From positions 21,948,001 through 22,012,000 of the forward strand of contig NC_087459.1 of NCBI RefSeq assembly GCF_036321535.1: DNA of 64,000 bases, given 5' to 3'. The translations under genes were made by a program, and so were the position numbers. The notes below the pieces were generated by a model. That model searched no databases. It saw nothing but the letters and a program-made list of their open reading frames with translations, and was not told the origin of the DNA. This DNA comes from Camelus dromedarius. Lineage: Eukaryota. Positions 25,601 to 37,808 of the stretch are shown in pieces. Position 1 is the stretch's first letter, and each line of letters begins with the position of its first letter.

Positions 25601-27789
25601 CTCCAGGTCAGAGCTGAGACAGGCCCTTCCAGAAAGGCGTCTCTGACCCGCAGTCTGAGTTAGCAAGGCCCCCCAGTACCACAGAGAATCCCGCCCTGGC
25701 ACGGATCACACTGGGATGTTATGTCCCACATGTCCCTCTCCGTTTCTAGACCGTGAGCTTCACCGGGGCAGGGACCATGTTTCTCTGTCTTTTCCACATG
25801 CATCCCTGGCAACTGGTCCAGTTCCCGGCCCAAAGAGAGCACTCAACAAATCTTCATTGAATGAATAAATGGAAACAGAAGTCCGAGTTTCTCTTATTTA
25901 ACTTTCCGGCTTCCATTCCCCCTTGTGCTTCAGGTGACGTCCAAAGCTCTGTCAAGTACGATCTGGCATTGGATCCAGGCCGTCTGATTCCTCGTGCCAT
26001 TTTTGATGAGACCAAGAACTGGACTTTGACTCGAAGAAAAATCCTGGGGCTGGGGGATCACTGTGAAACCCTGAAGCTGTTTTTACCAGTGAGGACTTTG
26101 GGTTCCTGGAAAGGGAGACGAGGGGAAGGAGCCCAAGGCTAGCCTCCCTGCTGAGTGAGGTGGGAATGGTGGAGAGGCTCAGGCTGGAGGGGAAACTTGG
26201 GACCAGGGAACCTGGCTCCACAGCTTGAATGGGGCACTGGACAGTGGGGAGTGGATGCAGTGGAAAAGAAGCCATAGTGGTAGCAAGTAAGGAGGAAGAT
26301 TGTGGGTCTTGAAAGCCCTTTCTCCCCCAGGGCTGTGTGGAGGACGTGGTGAACCCCATCATCCTGTGGCTCAACTTCTCCCTGGTTGGGGAGCCCATCC
26401 CCTCATCTCAGAACCTTCGCCCTGTACTGGCCATGGGCTCACAGGACCTCTTCACTGCTTCTGTAAGTCTTCCAGTGAAGTCCCAGGGATGTGTTGACTT
26501 TCACAGTGGCTCCCTGTGCTTAAGAACCTACAGTGGCTCCCAGTGGCCCAACAACCACATCAAATCTAAAATACATCCCCCCAGTTACCACAGTCCTGCT
26601 TAGCTTGGACCCCTCCACACATCCCAGCTGAGTATCCACTTTACTCCAGCATAAACTCTCTGGATCTCATTCTGCAGATTCTTCCCAACTTTTCTCATTT
26701 CTACCTCTGCCTTTGTCCATGTCATACCTCTTACTTGGAAAACATTTTCTTCTCTCCACTTCAAAGATCTCCTCCCATCCCCAGGAGCCCCAGTCTTTAC
26801 CTCCCTCTCTTTTGAAGACCACACTCAGCAACTGTCACTTCTTCCCTGGCTTCTTACTGCGTCATGGTGATTTCATGCCAAATATCACATGACTGGACCG
26901 TGGCACTCTACTTCTACTCCTGTGGCTCTCTTGAAACTGCAGGTTCCTTGAGTGCAAGAACTGTGTCTAATTCACCTATGGTTCCCACCTTTCCTCACCC
27001 TCCACCCAACCCAGAACCTGTTTCGTTACTGATACTTCATAATGTTTGTTGACTAGTTGGTTCAATGTGAGTTGGATTTGACTCCTCAACTAAACTTTAT
27101 GTTCCTTGAAACCAAGGATCTTGTCCTATCTCTTTTTCATAGTCTAGCTGCCCCTCTCCCATTGCCCCACTCCTTGCCAGTATCTAGCCTGGTGCTGGGT
27201 GCAGGTGGTGCTCAGTAATACTCAATGGGATGAGTGCCCACAGTGAGGGGATGGAGATGGATTAAGACGGATGGGATGAGAATATACTGTTTTGCTGCAG
27301 CTCCCCTTTGGGGAGAACTGTGGGCAAGATTACCTCTGTGAAGGGGCCCTTGCATCAGCCTCAGCTTCTCAGGGTGAGCTCTATCTCCTTTCATAGCCAG
27401 ACAGCCAAGCATTTGGGTCTCCCATCCTCCTAGGATGAGAAGTCCTTATGTTTCCCTTTGGCTCACCTTCCAACAAAGAAATGTTTTTGATTGGAAGGTT
27501 ATCAGCCCATAGCTCATGAGTTCCCACAGCCCTGCCCCTGCCCGTGACTCAGTTCCAACCTACTTCCAATGGAGTCTCTCTCCTGGCCTTGTCCTTCCTC
27601 CTTCAGCCTGCAGACCCTGGTGGTGGGGAGCTCCCTGGACCTCAATGTGACAGTGAACGTGTGGAATGAGGGCAAGGATTCCTACGGAACTGTGATCAGC
27701 TTCCACTATCCAGCAGGGCTGTCCTACCGACAAGTGTTAGGAATCCAGGTAAACAGCTCCCTTGGGCTCTAGTGGCTGGGACCTCTCCC

Positions 27790-29360
27790 CTGTCCTGGGT
27801 TATAGTAGATTCCTTTTAATTCTTCTATGATGAAATATAAACACATGCACAGAAGTGCATAAGGCATGTGTATAGCTTTACGAATAATATTAAGCAAAGT
27901 CTATGCAATTAACATCCAGGTCAAGAAATAAAGCACTGGGCAGAGGGTATAGCTCAGCGATAGAGTGTGTGCTCAGCATGCGTGAGGCCCTGGGTTCAAT
28001 CCCCAGTACCTCCATTAAAAAAATAAATAAGTAAAAATAAATAAAGATAAATACCTCCCTCACAAAACATTTTAAAAACTAAAGCACTGCTAACACCTCC
28101 AGAAGCCCTTTCACTATGTGCCTTCCTCATCATAACCTCACACTCTCCCCAAATTTCATCACTATTCTAACTTTGTGATAATCAAATCTTTGTATTTCTT
28201 TATAATTTTACCACCCATAAATACTTTCCTAGACAATACTGTTGGGTTTTGCCACTATTTGAACTTTATATGAATGGAAACATGTTGTAAGTTCCTTTTT
28301 TCCCTGAAATTAAAAAATTAAAGTATATCAGATGTACAACATTAATGATTCAATATTTTTATAAATTATACTCCATTTAAAATTATTATAAAATACTGGC
28401 TATATTTCCTGTGCTGGACAATATATCCTTGTATCTTACTTATTTTATACATAGTAGTTTGTACCTCTTAACCCCTTACCCCCATCTTGCCCTTCCCATT
28501 CCTCTCCTCAGTAGTGACCACCAGCCTGTTCTCTACATCTGTGAGTTTGCTTCTATTTTGTAAAACTCATTTGTTTATTTTTTAGATTCCAAATATAAGT
28601 GATAACAATGTTATATGTTATTTTGTGTCTTTCTTCTTTTCTTCAATATTATGCTAGTGAAATCCATCAATGTTGTGGTCTATAGCTATGGAATATTTCA
28701 CTGCTATATAGAATCCCTTTGTATGATGATACCACAATTTATTTACTCATTTGACAATCAGTGGTCATTTGAGTTGTTTCTGATTTTGGCCATGACCATT
28801 CTTGAGCACCAAGTCTTTTTCTTCTTTTTCTATTGAGTTGTCCATCTTTTTCTTATTCAGTTGTAAGAGCTCTTTACATATTCTGGTTACTAGTTCTTTT
28901 CCAATTATATATGTTCCAATATCTTTTCCAATCCTGCTGCTTGGTCGCTTGTCTTTTTAGTCTCTTTGTAGTGTCTTTTAATAAACAGACTGTCTTAATT
29001 TGATTGTGGTTGCTTTTTATCTAACTTTCCCTTTGTATTTAGTGTTTTGTGTGTTTATCTTGTTTAAGAAATACTTCTCTAGTCCAAGGTTATAAAGATA
29101 TTCTGCTATATTATCTCTTCTAAAAGATTGATAGTTTTGCCTCTTCACATTTAAGTCTTTAATCCAGTGGAGATTTATTCTAATGTATGGAGTGAGGTGA
29201 GGATCCAATGTTTGTTTGTTTGTTTGTTTGTTTGTTTGTTTTGTATGGGCCAATTTTCCCAGGACTATTTACTGAAAAATCTGTCATTTCACTCACTGCT
29301 CTGCAATGCCACCACTTTAATATATCAAACCCATATATGCATGTGGGTAAGTTTTTTTAA
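27790..29360 (-). mobile_element. L1 fragments (3' UTR/ORF2 end, antisense) filling ITGAD intron 20, with (TTTG)n at about 29207-29240
   Basis: Typical antisense L1M motifs (TTTGATTGTGGTTGC, TAGTCCAAGGTTATAAAGATATT, CACATTTAAGTCTTTAATCCA). The element ends within about 15 nt of the exon 21 acceptor. Confidence 0.7.
27939..28079 (+). mobile_element. Vic-1-like SINE nested in L1
   Basis: tRNA-like head, A-rich tail and TSD TAAAGCACTG (27929-27938 / 28080-28089). Confidence 0.9.
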
Positions 29361-32300
29361 ATTCTCCTCCTCTGGAAGCAACCCCATCAGCAGCCCCTGC
29401 ACCTGGCATGTGAGGCAGTGCCCAATGGGGACGAGGGCTTGAGTAGCAGCGGCTGTAGTACTAACCATCCCATCTTCCAAGAGGGCACTAAAGTCAGAGC
29501 TTCCCCCCAACTTCTCATGACTCTTCTCCCCTGTCGTGACCCATTTCCTTCCCTCACTCCCCCATGGCCTTCCCTATCCCCAACCCTTTCTTCTTCCCTC
29601 AGGGCACCTTCATGGTCACATTTGATGTCTCCTACAAGGCCACCCTGGGAGACAAGTTGCTTTTGACAGCCAATGCAAGCAGGTGAACCCAGGCCAGGTA
29701 TGGTGCATCCCCCACCCTCCCATCTCATGCCCTAGCTGGAGACTCCTCTCCTGGATTCCTTCCCAACCAGGAACCCCCCCCCCAGTGAAAATAATAAGCC
29801 TGCATCCAGCAAGTCTAACTTCCAGCTGGAGCTCCCAGTGAAATACGCTGTCTACACGGTGATCAGCAGGTACTTAATCCCTGGCCCTCCCCCGGACCTT
29901 CCTCCAATCCTAGTACCTCCCCTTGCAGGCCAGCCTGCTCTTTTGAAGATGGGTATCTAAGCTAGCTGCCCTGACTCCTCACATGGGACTTCTTGTGACA
30001 GCCATATATTTATACCATAATAGCATATTCCATCATTCTTGCTTCTTCTCTAATGAACTGGCCTGGTGATGGGACACATACGCCTTGCCACCATGCACAT
30101 TCCCTCCTCTCTCTCCAAGATGCAGGCTTCCTTTAGCATGAAGCCAATTCTATCCTTTGGGCTAAACACAGATGTGCTGAATCGAAGCTACTCAATGAAG
30201 ACTGAAGCTTTTCTGAGTACTCAGAGGTGGGGAGTCTGTGCCCAACAGGATATGGTCTGTCACCACACAGAGCAAAGAAAAGATCAGGTTTTCATAAAAC
30301 TCAGAGGAGAGCAGAGATGTGAGAAATTGTTGGGAGGGCCTTTAAGAAACCAAGGTCAAGGCAGGAAAGGCAAGTGTAGGGCTGCTGCTCTGGGTTCTGA
30401 AGGTGGGTGAGGGAGTGGGGGTGGGCCAGGCTGGGAGCAGGACAAGGGGCCCCACATAACTGGCTAAAGTCCAGAGCTTTTAGAATTGGTCAGAAGCTTC
30501 TCATATAGTTGTGGGACAGAGTTTGCTGCTGTTGCCGCTGATGTGCCAATTTTTAGGGGAACTACGTGGGGGGTCAAGCGGTGTCATTGCCCTTCCAAAC
30601 TGTGTGTGTGAATTTCCCCTTCTATCCATGGGAAATGCTGAAACTTATCATAAGAGCTCACAGTTACATATACTTAACGATATGCCAGGCATTGTTTTAA
30701 GTACTTTATATGCATTTACATTCATTTAACCCTTCTGTTAACTCTGTGATATAGTTATTATTATACCCCTTTTTGCCAGCAAAGAAATCCACAGGTTAAA
30801 TAACTTAGCGCTGTCATTCAGCTGGTTAGCAGCAGAACCAGGAATCAAACCCAGATGGTCTGGGTCCAGAGCTGTGCCCAAGGGCCATATTGTACATGCC
30901 TCTCCAAGGACTGGAGAAGCTGAGTGGTCTACTCAAATTTGAAAAGAGGTTTAGAACTAGAAGAGTTTTAGGTGAGAAAACTGAAGCAGAGAGAGAGAAG
31001 GGGGCGGGATGGGAAGCAGAAAGGAAGGCTAGCATCCTAAGGGGGAAAACGTAGATTTTAATATTTATGGCACCACTACAAGCCTCATCACCAGTCTGTT
31101 ACAGGCACTATTATTAGCATCCCCCTTTTAAAGAGGAAAAAACTACAGGGGTCCAGAAAGGTTAAGGAATTTGCCTTAGGTTACTTGGGTAGGAAGTGGT
31201 GGACCTGACATGTGAACCCAGGTGGTCTGGCTCCAGGGTCTATGTTCTTAATCATCAAGCTGACAGTCACATCTGTGGGAAAACCAAGGGGGCCCATGGA
31301 GTTCCTGTAGGGCTGGCCTGGCTTCTACTTGCTAGTCACTCTCCTTGTTTGCCTGATTCCACTGAGCTCTTAGATGTTAAGCTCTGGGATGGCAGGGATC
31401 ATGGCTTGTTAACTGTTGACTCTCCAGAAACAAGCACACAGCCTGGCACATGGTAAATGTTTACTGAAGGAATCCATGGATGGATGGATGGATGGATGGA
31501 TGGAAAGCCACCAGCAGTCTGGAGATTTTATGCTCACCCATGGACTCCATGCACCATCTTTCCTCTTTTACATTTACTTAACTGCCCCAGGATAGCCACA
31601 TCAGTTTCTCCCCATCATGGAAGGACTAGCACCCCATCTTTTACCGAGTGATCCAGGCCATGGTTCCTTGAGGTCCCCTCAGGCTAATTTGTTCTGGCAG
31701 CTGCCTCTGCAAGCATTACAGGAAACCAACATTGTACCTACTAGAGAAAGCAATGGGAACACCTTTATCCATTGGGAAATGTTTTGATATTATGAGAGGT
31801 GATGTTCAAGCTGGGCCTTTAAGTGAAACTTTCTAGAGGGAGGAACAGACAAGGACATTCTAAGCAGGAAAAAAAAAAAAAAAAAGCTTGAGCAAAGTCA
31901 TGGGGATAGGAAAGAGCAGGGGTATCAAAGGACAAGCTAGCAGTTCTGGGTGACCAGGGCAAAGGCCATGGAGGGGAGGCTGTACAGGTATGTGGGGACA
32001 GTCATCGTTCCCCCCGGTCATCTGCTGGGCCCAACAGAGCTAGCAGGAGGCTGGGGTGCAACTGAGGATGGTCCCAGGGCTGTTTTTCACCAACAAGCCC
32101 TCCCTGTCTCTACAGCCAGGAAGACTCCACCAAATACTTCAATTTTTCAGCTTCTGATGAGAAGAGAAGAAAAGAAGCTGAGCATCAATATCGTGTGAGA
32201 GGCCAGAGAATACTCACGTCTGTCCCTCCCAAGGGACTGCTAATGGAGGAAGCCAGTGGGGGAAGATGGAGAGGAGCGGAGGGCGAGAGCCGGAAAAGGG

Positions 32301-35300
32301 GTGGGATTTGGGATGCTTCAAGGACAACAGTAATGTTGTCTCCATTTTCTGCAGGTGAATAACCTGGGTCAGCCAGATCTCGCCCTCAGCATTCATTTCT
32401 GGGTCCCCATCCTGCTGAACAGTGTGGCTGTGTGGGACATGGCTGTGGTGGCCCCTTCGCAGGTGCCCGTCTGCCTTTCCTCACTCTCCAGGGTCTGATC
32501 TCACAGTGCCTCGCACCCTCTTGCCAGTGAACTGTTGATCATTCTGTGGCTATTGCTCTCCCTCCCTAGAGTCTCCCCTGTGTGTCAGAGAGGGAACCTC
32601 CCCATCATCCTGACTTCCAGACTCCAGGGAGCCTCATGCTGGTGAGCAAGGCCACGGACTCCCACCGCAGGACCAGCTATACATTGGGAGACACAGGGGA
32701 ATGTACTGCTAGGTTGCAGCACTATGTTTACAACCTGTAATTGTTCATCTGTTCCCCACCCCATATCTGACCCACTTTATTTTCTCCCGTGGTCTCTCCT
32801 TAAGTGAAGACCCTGCTCAGCTTCATTCCTCTCCTGACCCTAGGACTGCTCCATTGCCGACTGCCTGAGGTTCAACTGTGACATCCCCTCCTTCGGTGTC
32901 CAGGAGGAACTTGACTTCATCCTGAAGGGCAAACTCAGCTTTGGCTGGGTCAGCCAGGTGTGGAGGCCCAACAGTAGAGTCCCTTCCCCGACTCCAGTGG
33001 GGGCTAATATGTCTGTGCCCACCCGAAGGCAGGGCATTTTCTAACCCTGAGCCTTCCCCAGAGCTAGTTCCCAGCTCTCTCCTTTTTAACAGATGTTGCA
33101 GAAGGAAATACTGGTCGTGAGTGTGGCTGAAATCACATTCAACAGATCCATGTATTCCCAGATTTCAGGACAGGAGGCCTTTTTGAGATCCCAGGTAGTG
33201 ACTGTATGGTGGGCAGTGGCCAGGCTGGCAAGAGGGCTTCTGATGCTAAATCTGTGGTGCTGGGTGGGGGGCCTGCAAGCCTGGAGGGAGGAAGGATGGA
33301 GGTCCCTGGGTAGGACAGTTGTCCCTAAGCCTACGAGTGCTTCTGTATCTCATCCGTTGGAGCTGAGCCTGGTGAAGGAGGGGAGGGAGGTAAAGGTTGG
33401 GGACCTGGGAAGAGCCTGGAACGGCAAGAAGCCTGATACCTTCTGATCCCCCGATCAGATGGTGACAGTGCTAGAAGAGTATGAGCTCTATGATCCTGTC
33501 CCCCTCATTGTGAGCAGCTCTATGGGGGGACTGCTGCTGCTGGCTCTCATCACAGCCGTCCTGTACAGGGTGAGTGTTTTCATCGCCCCCTTGACACCAA
33601 CAGCATCCGACCCCAGCCGTCCCACAGACAGGATGGTACAGCAGGAAGAACTCAGACAACGAAGTCAGGCAGGTCTGGGTACACATTTTGACTCCTACTC
33701 ACTGTTTAATGTCAGGCAGCTTGCTCTACTTCTCTGAGCCTGTTTCCTCATTTTTGAAATGCTAATAATGCCTACATCACAGAGTGGCTGGAATGAGACA
33801 GACAAGAGGCCAAAGGATGCAGAATCTGCGCTTTTCTGCTTTGGATTATGTGTATAACTACTGAACTTGGCACACAGTAGGTGCTCAGCACACGAGAGCT
33901 GTTGTTCACATACGCGTTCTGGCCCACAAATACAAGTCAGCTTAGTTCCTTTCTTCTGTCTCAGCTTTTCCCTACTCTCAACTTCCTGCCCTGCCCGCCT
34001 ATCCAGATTTTCTTATTTCTCCTAATAGTGTGGCTTCTTCATACGTGAGTACAAAGAAATGATGGGTGACAAGTCTGAAGACACTGCCACATTGAGTGGG
34101 GAGGATTTCACCTGTGAGGCTCCCAATTAGCCTTTGTCCTAATAATCTACTTTTCCCATTTATCTCTACCCCTATTGTTTGATCTTGTCTTGACCTACAA
34201 ATCTATTTCCATGGCAATAATTTCTGCACAGATCTGGACTGGCCTGAACAACTTACCAGGTACTAAGTCATCTTCCCAAGGTGTTGAAAGATTTTCATAT
34301 TTTTATATACCTGCCAGAGTTCTTCAAGGATGACCCACATTATAGAAGCAGGCATGATGTCAGCATGAATTCTCATTTGTGTAAGAATTGTGGCATTAAA
34401 TGAGGATGTTTGTAACAGGTTCCTTGTATGAAAGAGCTCTAATCCAGAGACCTGAATGCTGGTCTAGTAAGAGTTAGGGGCAGGTGGACCTGCTCGTGGG
34501 TAAAGAAAATGTTCTCTTACTTTCTCACGTGACTGGGGAGTGTGAGTATTTTTTCCTAATGGTGCTGTGAGTAATGTCAGGAGAGGAGGCCAAAAGAAGC
34601 TCTCTCTGTCTGTGTTGGTCATGGGTTTCAGCTCAGGCTTCAGGCTCCTGGGTAATGGCAAGTGAGCTGACTGTCCTAGAAGGTGAATGAAATGTCCAGA
34701 GTTTGCTTGAACCAACATCCCCCTTGAATGGTGTCCCCAGAAACTAGGAGAACCAGACTTCCAGAAAGGAAGCATCTGCTCCCTCAACTAATACAGAAGA
34801 CCCATTAAAGGTGGTCACAGAGAATGATCGAAATATTCCACATCCAGAATTGGGTCACGAAGCCTCACATATAGGGCTGGCTGTAGAATCTATGTTTGAA
34901 ATCAGGGTTGTTTCCAGATAGCTGGAATTCACAGATGCCCTCTATGTGTGTCAGGCGAAAAGTGGTACTTCAGGGCCTGCAGCCCTGAGTCCCCACGGGG
35001 CCTCTGATGAGCTGCCTGAGCTTAAGTCATTTAATCTCTGAGAATCTCAAATTCCTCCCCTGGAGAAGGGGCAACCACAATTATATTTTGCTCCCACAGT
35101 TACTGTGAGAATGCTGTGTATCTGAAAGCTCTTTACAGCCGAGAGCCCTAATTATTAATAGGTGAGAGAGGAGCGACCATCTCATACCTGTTCATCAAGA
35201 ATGTTCCCTCAAGTCCCTCGCAAGTCAGGGTCTCAGGAAGAGCAGGTGGAGCGCCCACTGCGCCGTGCGCATGCGCCCGGAGAGAGCCATCGACGCCCCA

Positions 35301-35391
35301 CCCCGCCCCGCGGTCTCATGGCGCGAGCCCCACGGAGCCTGCGGACACACAGCTTCCACACTTTTATTGTCTGAGGGCATCAGTCAAGGTC

Positions 35392-35945
35392 TCAGGGCTG
35401 TTCATAGCCCGTGGGCAGAGGGTTGACCCGGGGATTGTGGAAAAGAGTGTGGTTGCCGTCTCCCCAGGAGTAGGGCTGTGGAGAGAGGGAGGGAGAGCAA
35501 GGAGTCAGCCTGGGGGGCCCCCGCATCCCCTCACCCCTCTGCCCGCTCGCGCCCTCGGGGGCCAGTGTACCTTGGTGCGGATCCGGAGATGGTGGTAGGG
35601 GATGAACTCGGGGCGCTTGTGGTGGCCCGAGTGGAGCCAGGAGTTGAGTGTGCAGAGGGCCACGCTCGGGAGCGCCAGCATGAAGGTCAGGAGGCGCCAG
35701 GTGCGGGCTGCAGCAGGGGACAGGACCGGGTGAGAGAGAGAGGTGGACTGGGGCGCGGGGGAGGATCACCGGTGGGGGTGTTGCCAGGGCCCTGAAAGGG
35801 CCCAGAGGTGGGAGTTGGGGGACAGATGGACAAGGTCAGGAACCCAAGGGGTCAGGCTCCGGCTGCACTCACCTCCGGCCCCTCCGTGGTCTCCCTTGGC
35901 CGCACTGGCCAAGCCCCGACTCAAGGACCTCAGAGGCAAAGACAT
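35392..35945 (-). CDS. COX6A2: Cytochrome c oxidase subunit 6A2 (heart/muscle isoform), 97 aa
   Basis: Exons 35945-35873 (73 nt), 35707-35571 (137 nt) and 35475-35392 (84 nt) total 294 nt, all GT-AG: [103 protein letters not shown] at 35368-35363. Confidence 0.98.
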
Positions 35946-36029
35946 TTCGGTGGGAGAAGCTGGGGACAACAGCACTGTCCTTTCAGTCTCCTTCAGTGAG
36001 GCCTAGGCTCCCCTCTCCTCTCTTTGGGC

Positions 36030-36135
36030 CAATCACCTGTTGAGTCTGTAACATGAGTGGCTATTTTTAGGGGGTTTCTATATTTAAAATGAGGCCTGAC
36101 TGGCAGGAGATCCTTCTCTCCAGACAGCTGCTGTA
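36030..36135 (-). promoter_or_regulatory. COX6A2 muscle promoter: MEF2 site and E-boxes
   Basis: Canonical MEF2 CTATTTTTAG at 36061-36070 and E-boxes CACCTG (about 36034) and CAGCTG (36125-36130). This matches the known MEF2/E-box control of COX6A2. Confidence 0.8.
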
Positions 36136-36732
36136 CTGTGCCTCTTACCAAAGTAAAAGGACATTTAAAATACAATATTGTTTTATATATATATATATAG
36201 TTTCAGAGAACTATTTTGTTCAATACTCTATTCCCAGTGGCTAGGTCTTTACTAAATATTTGCAGAATGAATTGTGTCCTTTTGAACTTCAGGGTTTTTT
36301 TTTAATGTGTAAAATATATAATAAATTGTACCTTAAATGATCTTTATGAAGTTTAAGTGAAGTAATATAGGAATGTGCCAGCTTAGAGTCTGGCACATAA
36401 CTGGAGCTCAGTATATGTATTAGTAACAATTCTTTGCAAAGAGCAGAACTTGCTTTGACTAGTTTTTAGAAGATAAGCAGTTGGGAATCTGAGGTAGCAG
36501 TATCTCTGGTCCAGCCTGAGAGGACTACCGTCTGCACCGCCAGAAACAAACCGTTCTGTGGGCCAGCTGCAGGGAGACACCACCACAGTTCACAGTGCTG
36601 GACACTGGATGCCAAAAACTTCGTCAGTGCTGCCCTGGAAAGTGTCATCAAAAATTTAATTAATAGTCAGTCTAAGAAAGAAGAGGAAAACTTGATTCGA
36701 GCCAACCTGAGGATTGTAACCGGGGAGACAGT

Positions 36733-37166
36733 ATTTGCAGCAGCATGGATGGACCTAGAGATGCTCATACTAAGCAAAGTAAGCCAGAAAGAGAAAGACA
36801 AATACCATATGATATCACTTATATGTGAAATCTTAAAAGATGACACCAATGAACTTGTTTAAAAGGCAGAAATGGCCTCGCATAGAATATAAACTTATGG
36901 TTGCCGGGGGAGGGGGTGGGAAGAGAGGAGGGGTAAATTGGAAGTTTGGGATTTGCAGATCCTAGCTGCTGTGCATAAGATAGATAAACAGTGGGGTCTG
37001 GCTGTATAGCACAGGGAACTGTATTCAATATCTTGTAATACCCTATAATGAAAAAGAAAATGAAAAGGAATATATGTATAAAGTTGTGTCACTATGCTGT
37101 ACACTGGAAACTAGCACAACATTGTAAATCGACTATAAGTCAATTTAAAAATAAAAATAAAAAAAT
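36733..37166 (+). mobile_element. 5'-truncated L1 3' end with poly(A) tail
   Basis: ATGGATGGACCTAGAG...AAGCCAGAAAGAGAAAGACAAATACCATATGATATCACTTATATGTG; A-rich tail about 37147-37168; approximate TSD TAACYGGGGAGACRGT on both sides. Confidence 0.85.
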
Positions 37167-37723
37167 AACTGGGGAGACGGTCTTACAGAAAGCTCTGAGG
37201 ACGTTTCTAAAGGTCAAGGCAGTTATTATAAGTGTTTGAGACAAAGGGTTATACATCAGAATAACATATTGACAATTTACATAGTCCAACAATGCATACA
37301 GTGAGTTATTGTGACCTGTTACAGTATTGGGAAAGGAGTGTTATCTCCCAAGGAATTACTTTGCTGGTGCTAGGAGGAAATTGCCTTTTTGTTCTGTTTT
37401 GTTTTTTTGGCAAGCAGGCATTCCTGTTCTTCTAAGGGGATCTAAAGTTAATGGATAATGCAGATTCACAATGCACACTAAAGGGAAGGGGTGGTGCCTC
37501 AAATGGGCAGAGAATTTTCTGCTTAAAATTTTTCTTGTCCTGCCTTAAAATAATTTTATTGCATCAAAAGCCAGATTCTTCCACCCTCACCCCCTCTTGA
37601 AAATGGATTCTTCATGAAACTTGCATCTTTGAGTTGTTCTCTTATGAATCAAAGAATTAAGAGGGCACCAATCAGCAACACTGACATCATTGCCTGTGCC
37701 CTGGCTTCAAGAAAGGTTGGAAT

Positions 37724-37808
37724 GGGCTGGGTACAGCTCAGTGGTGGAGCGCATGCTTAGCATGCACGAGGTCCTGGGTTCAATCCCCAGCACCCCAACT
37801 TAAAAAAA
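37724..37808 (+). mobile_element. Vic-1-like SINE (close to tRNA-Ala-AGC)
   Basis: GGGTACAGCTCAGTGGTGGAGCGCATGCTTAGCATGCACGAGGTCCTGGGTTCAATCCCCAGCAC followed by an A-tail. Confidence 0.85.

Larger units (their letters stand above)
9847..34142 (+). pseudogene. ITGAD: Integrin alpha D (CD11d) unitary pseudogene
   Basis: Exons: e1 9847/9862-9892, e2 not found, e3 14056-14159, e4 14302-14372, e5 14498-14611 (-1), e6 17372-17502, e7 18442-18587, e8 21040-21193, e9 21293-21442 (-1), e10 21643-21716 (acceptor TG), e11 23145-23274, e12 23376-23518, e13 23676-23816, e14 23909-24119 (+1), e15 24678-24809 (+1), e16 24919-25076, e17 25934-26088, e18 26331-26462, e19 27301-27373 (-1), e20 27607-27748, e21 29376-29492 (acceptor GG), e22 29603-29682, e23 29786-29869, e24 32116-32194, e25 32355-32462, e26 32570-32641, e27 32844-32957, e28 33093-33194, e29 33459-33569, e30 34029-34142. 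Recognisable I-domain (FLIDDSGSI), FG-GAP repeats, TM segment and ITGAD-type tail (EDTATLSGEDFTCEAPN). Confidence 0.92.

Noticed and set aside
37724-37800. tRNA-Ala(AGC)-like sequence, with five similar copies elsewhere
   Set aside because: A-rich tails, TSDs on several copies, imperfect stems and high copy number indicate SINEs, not tRNA genes.
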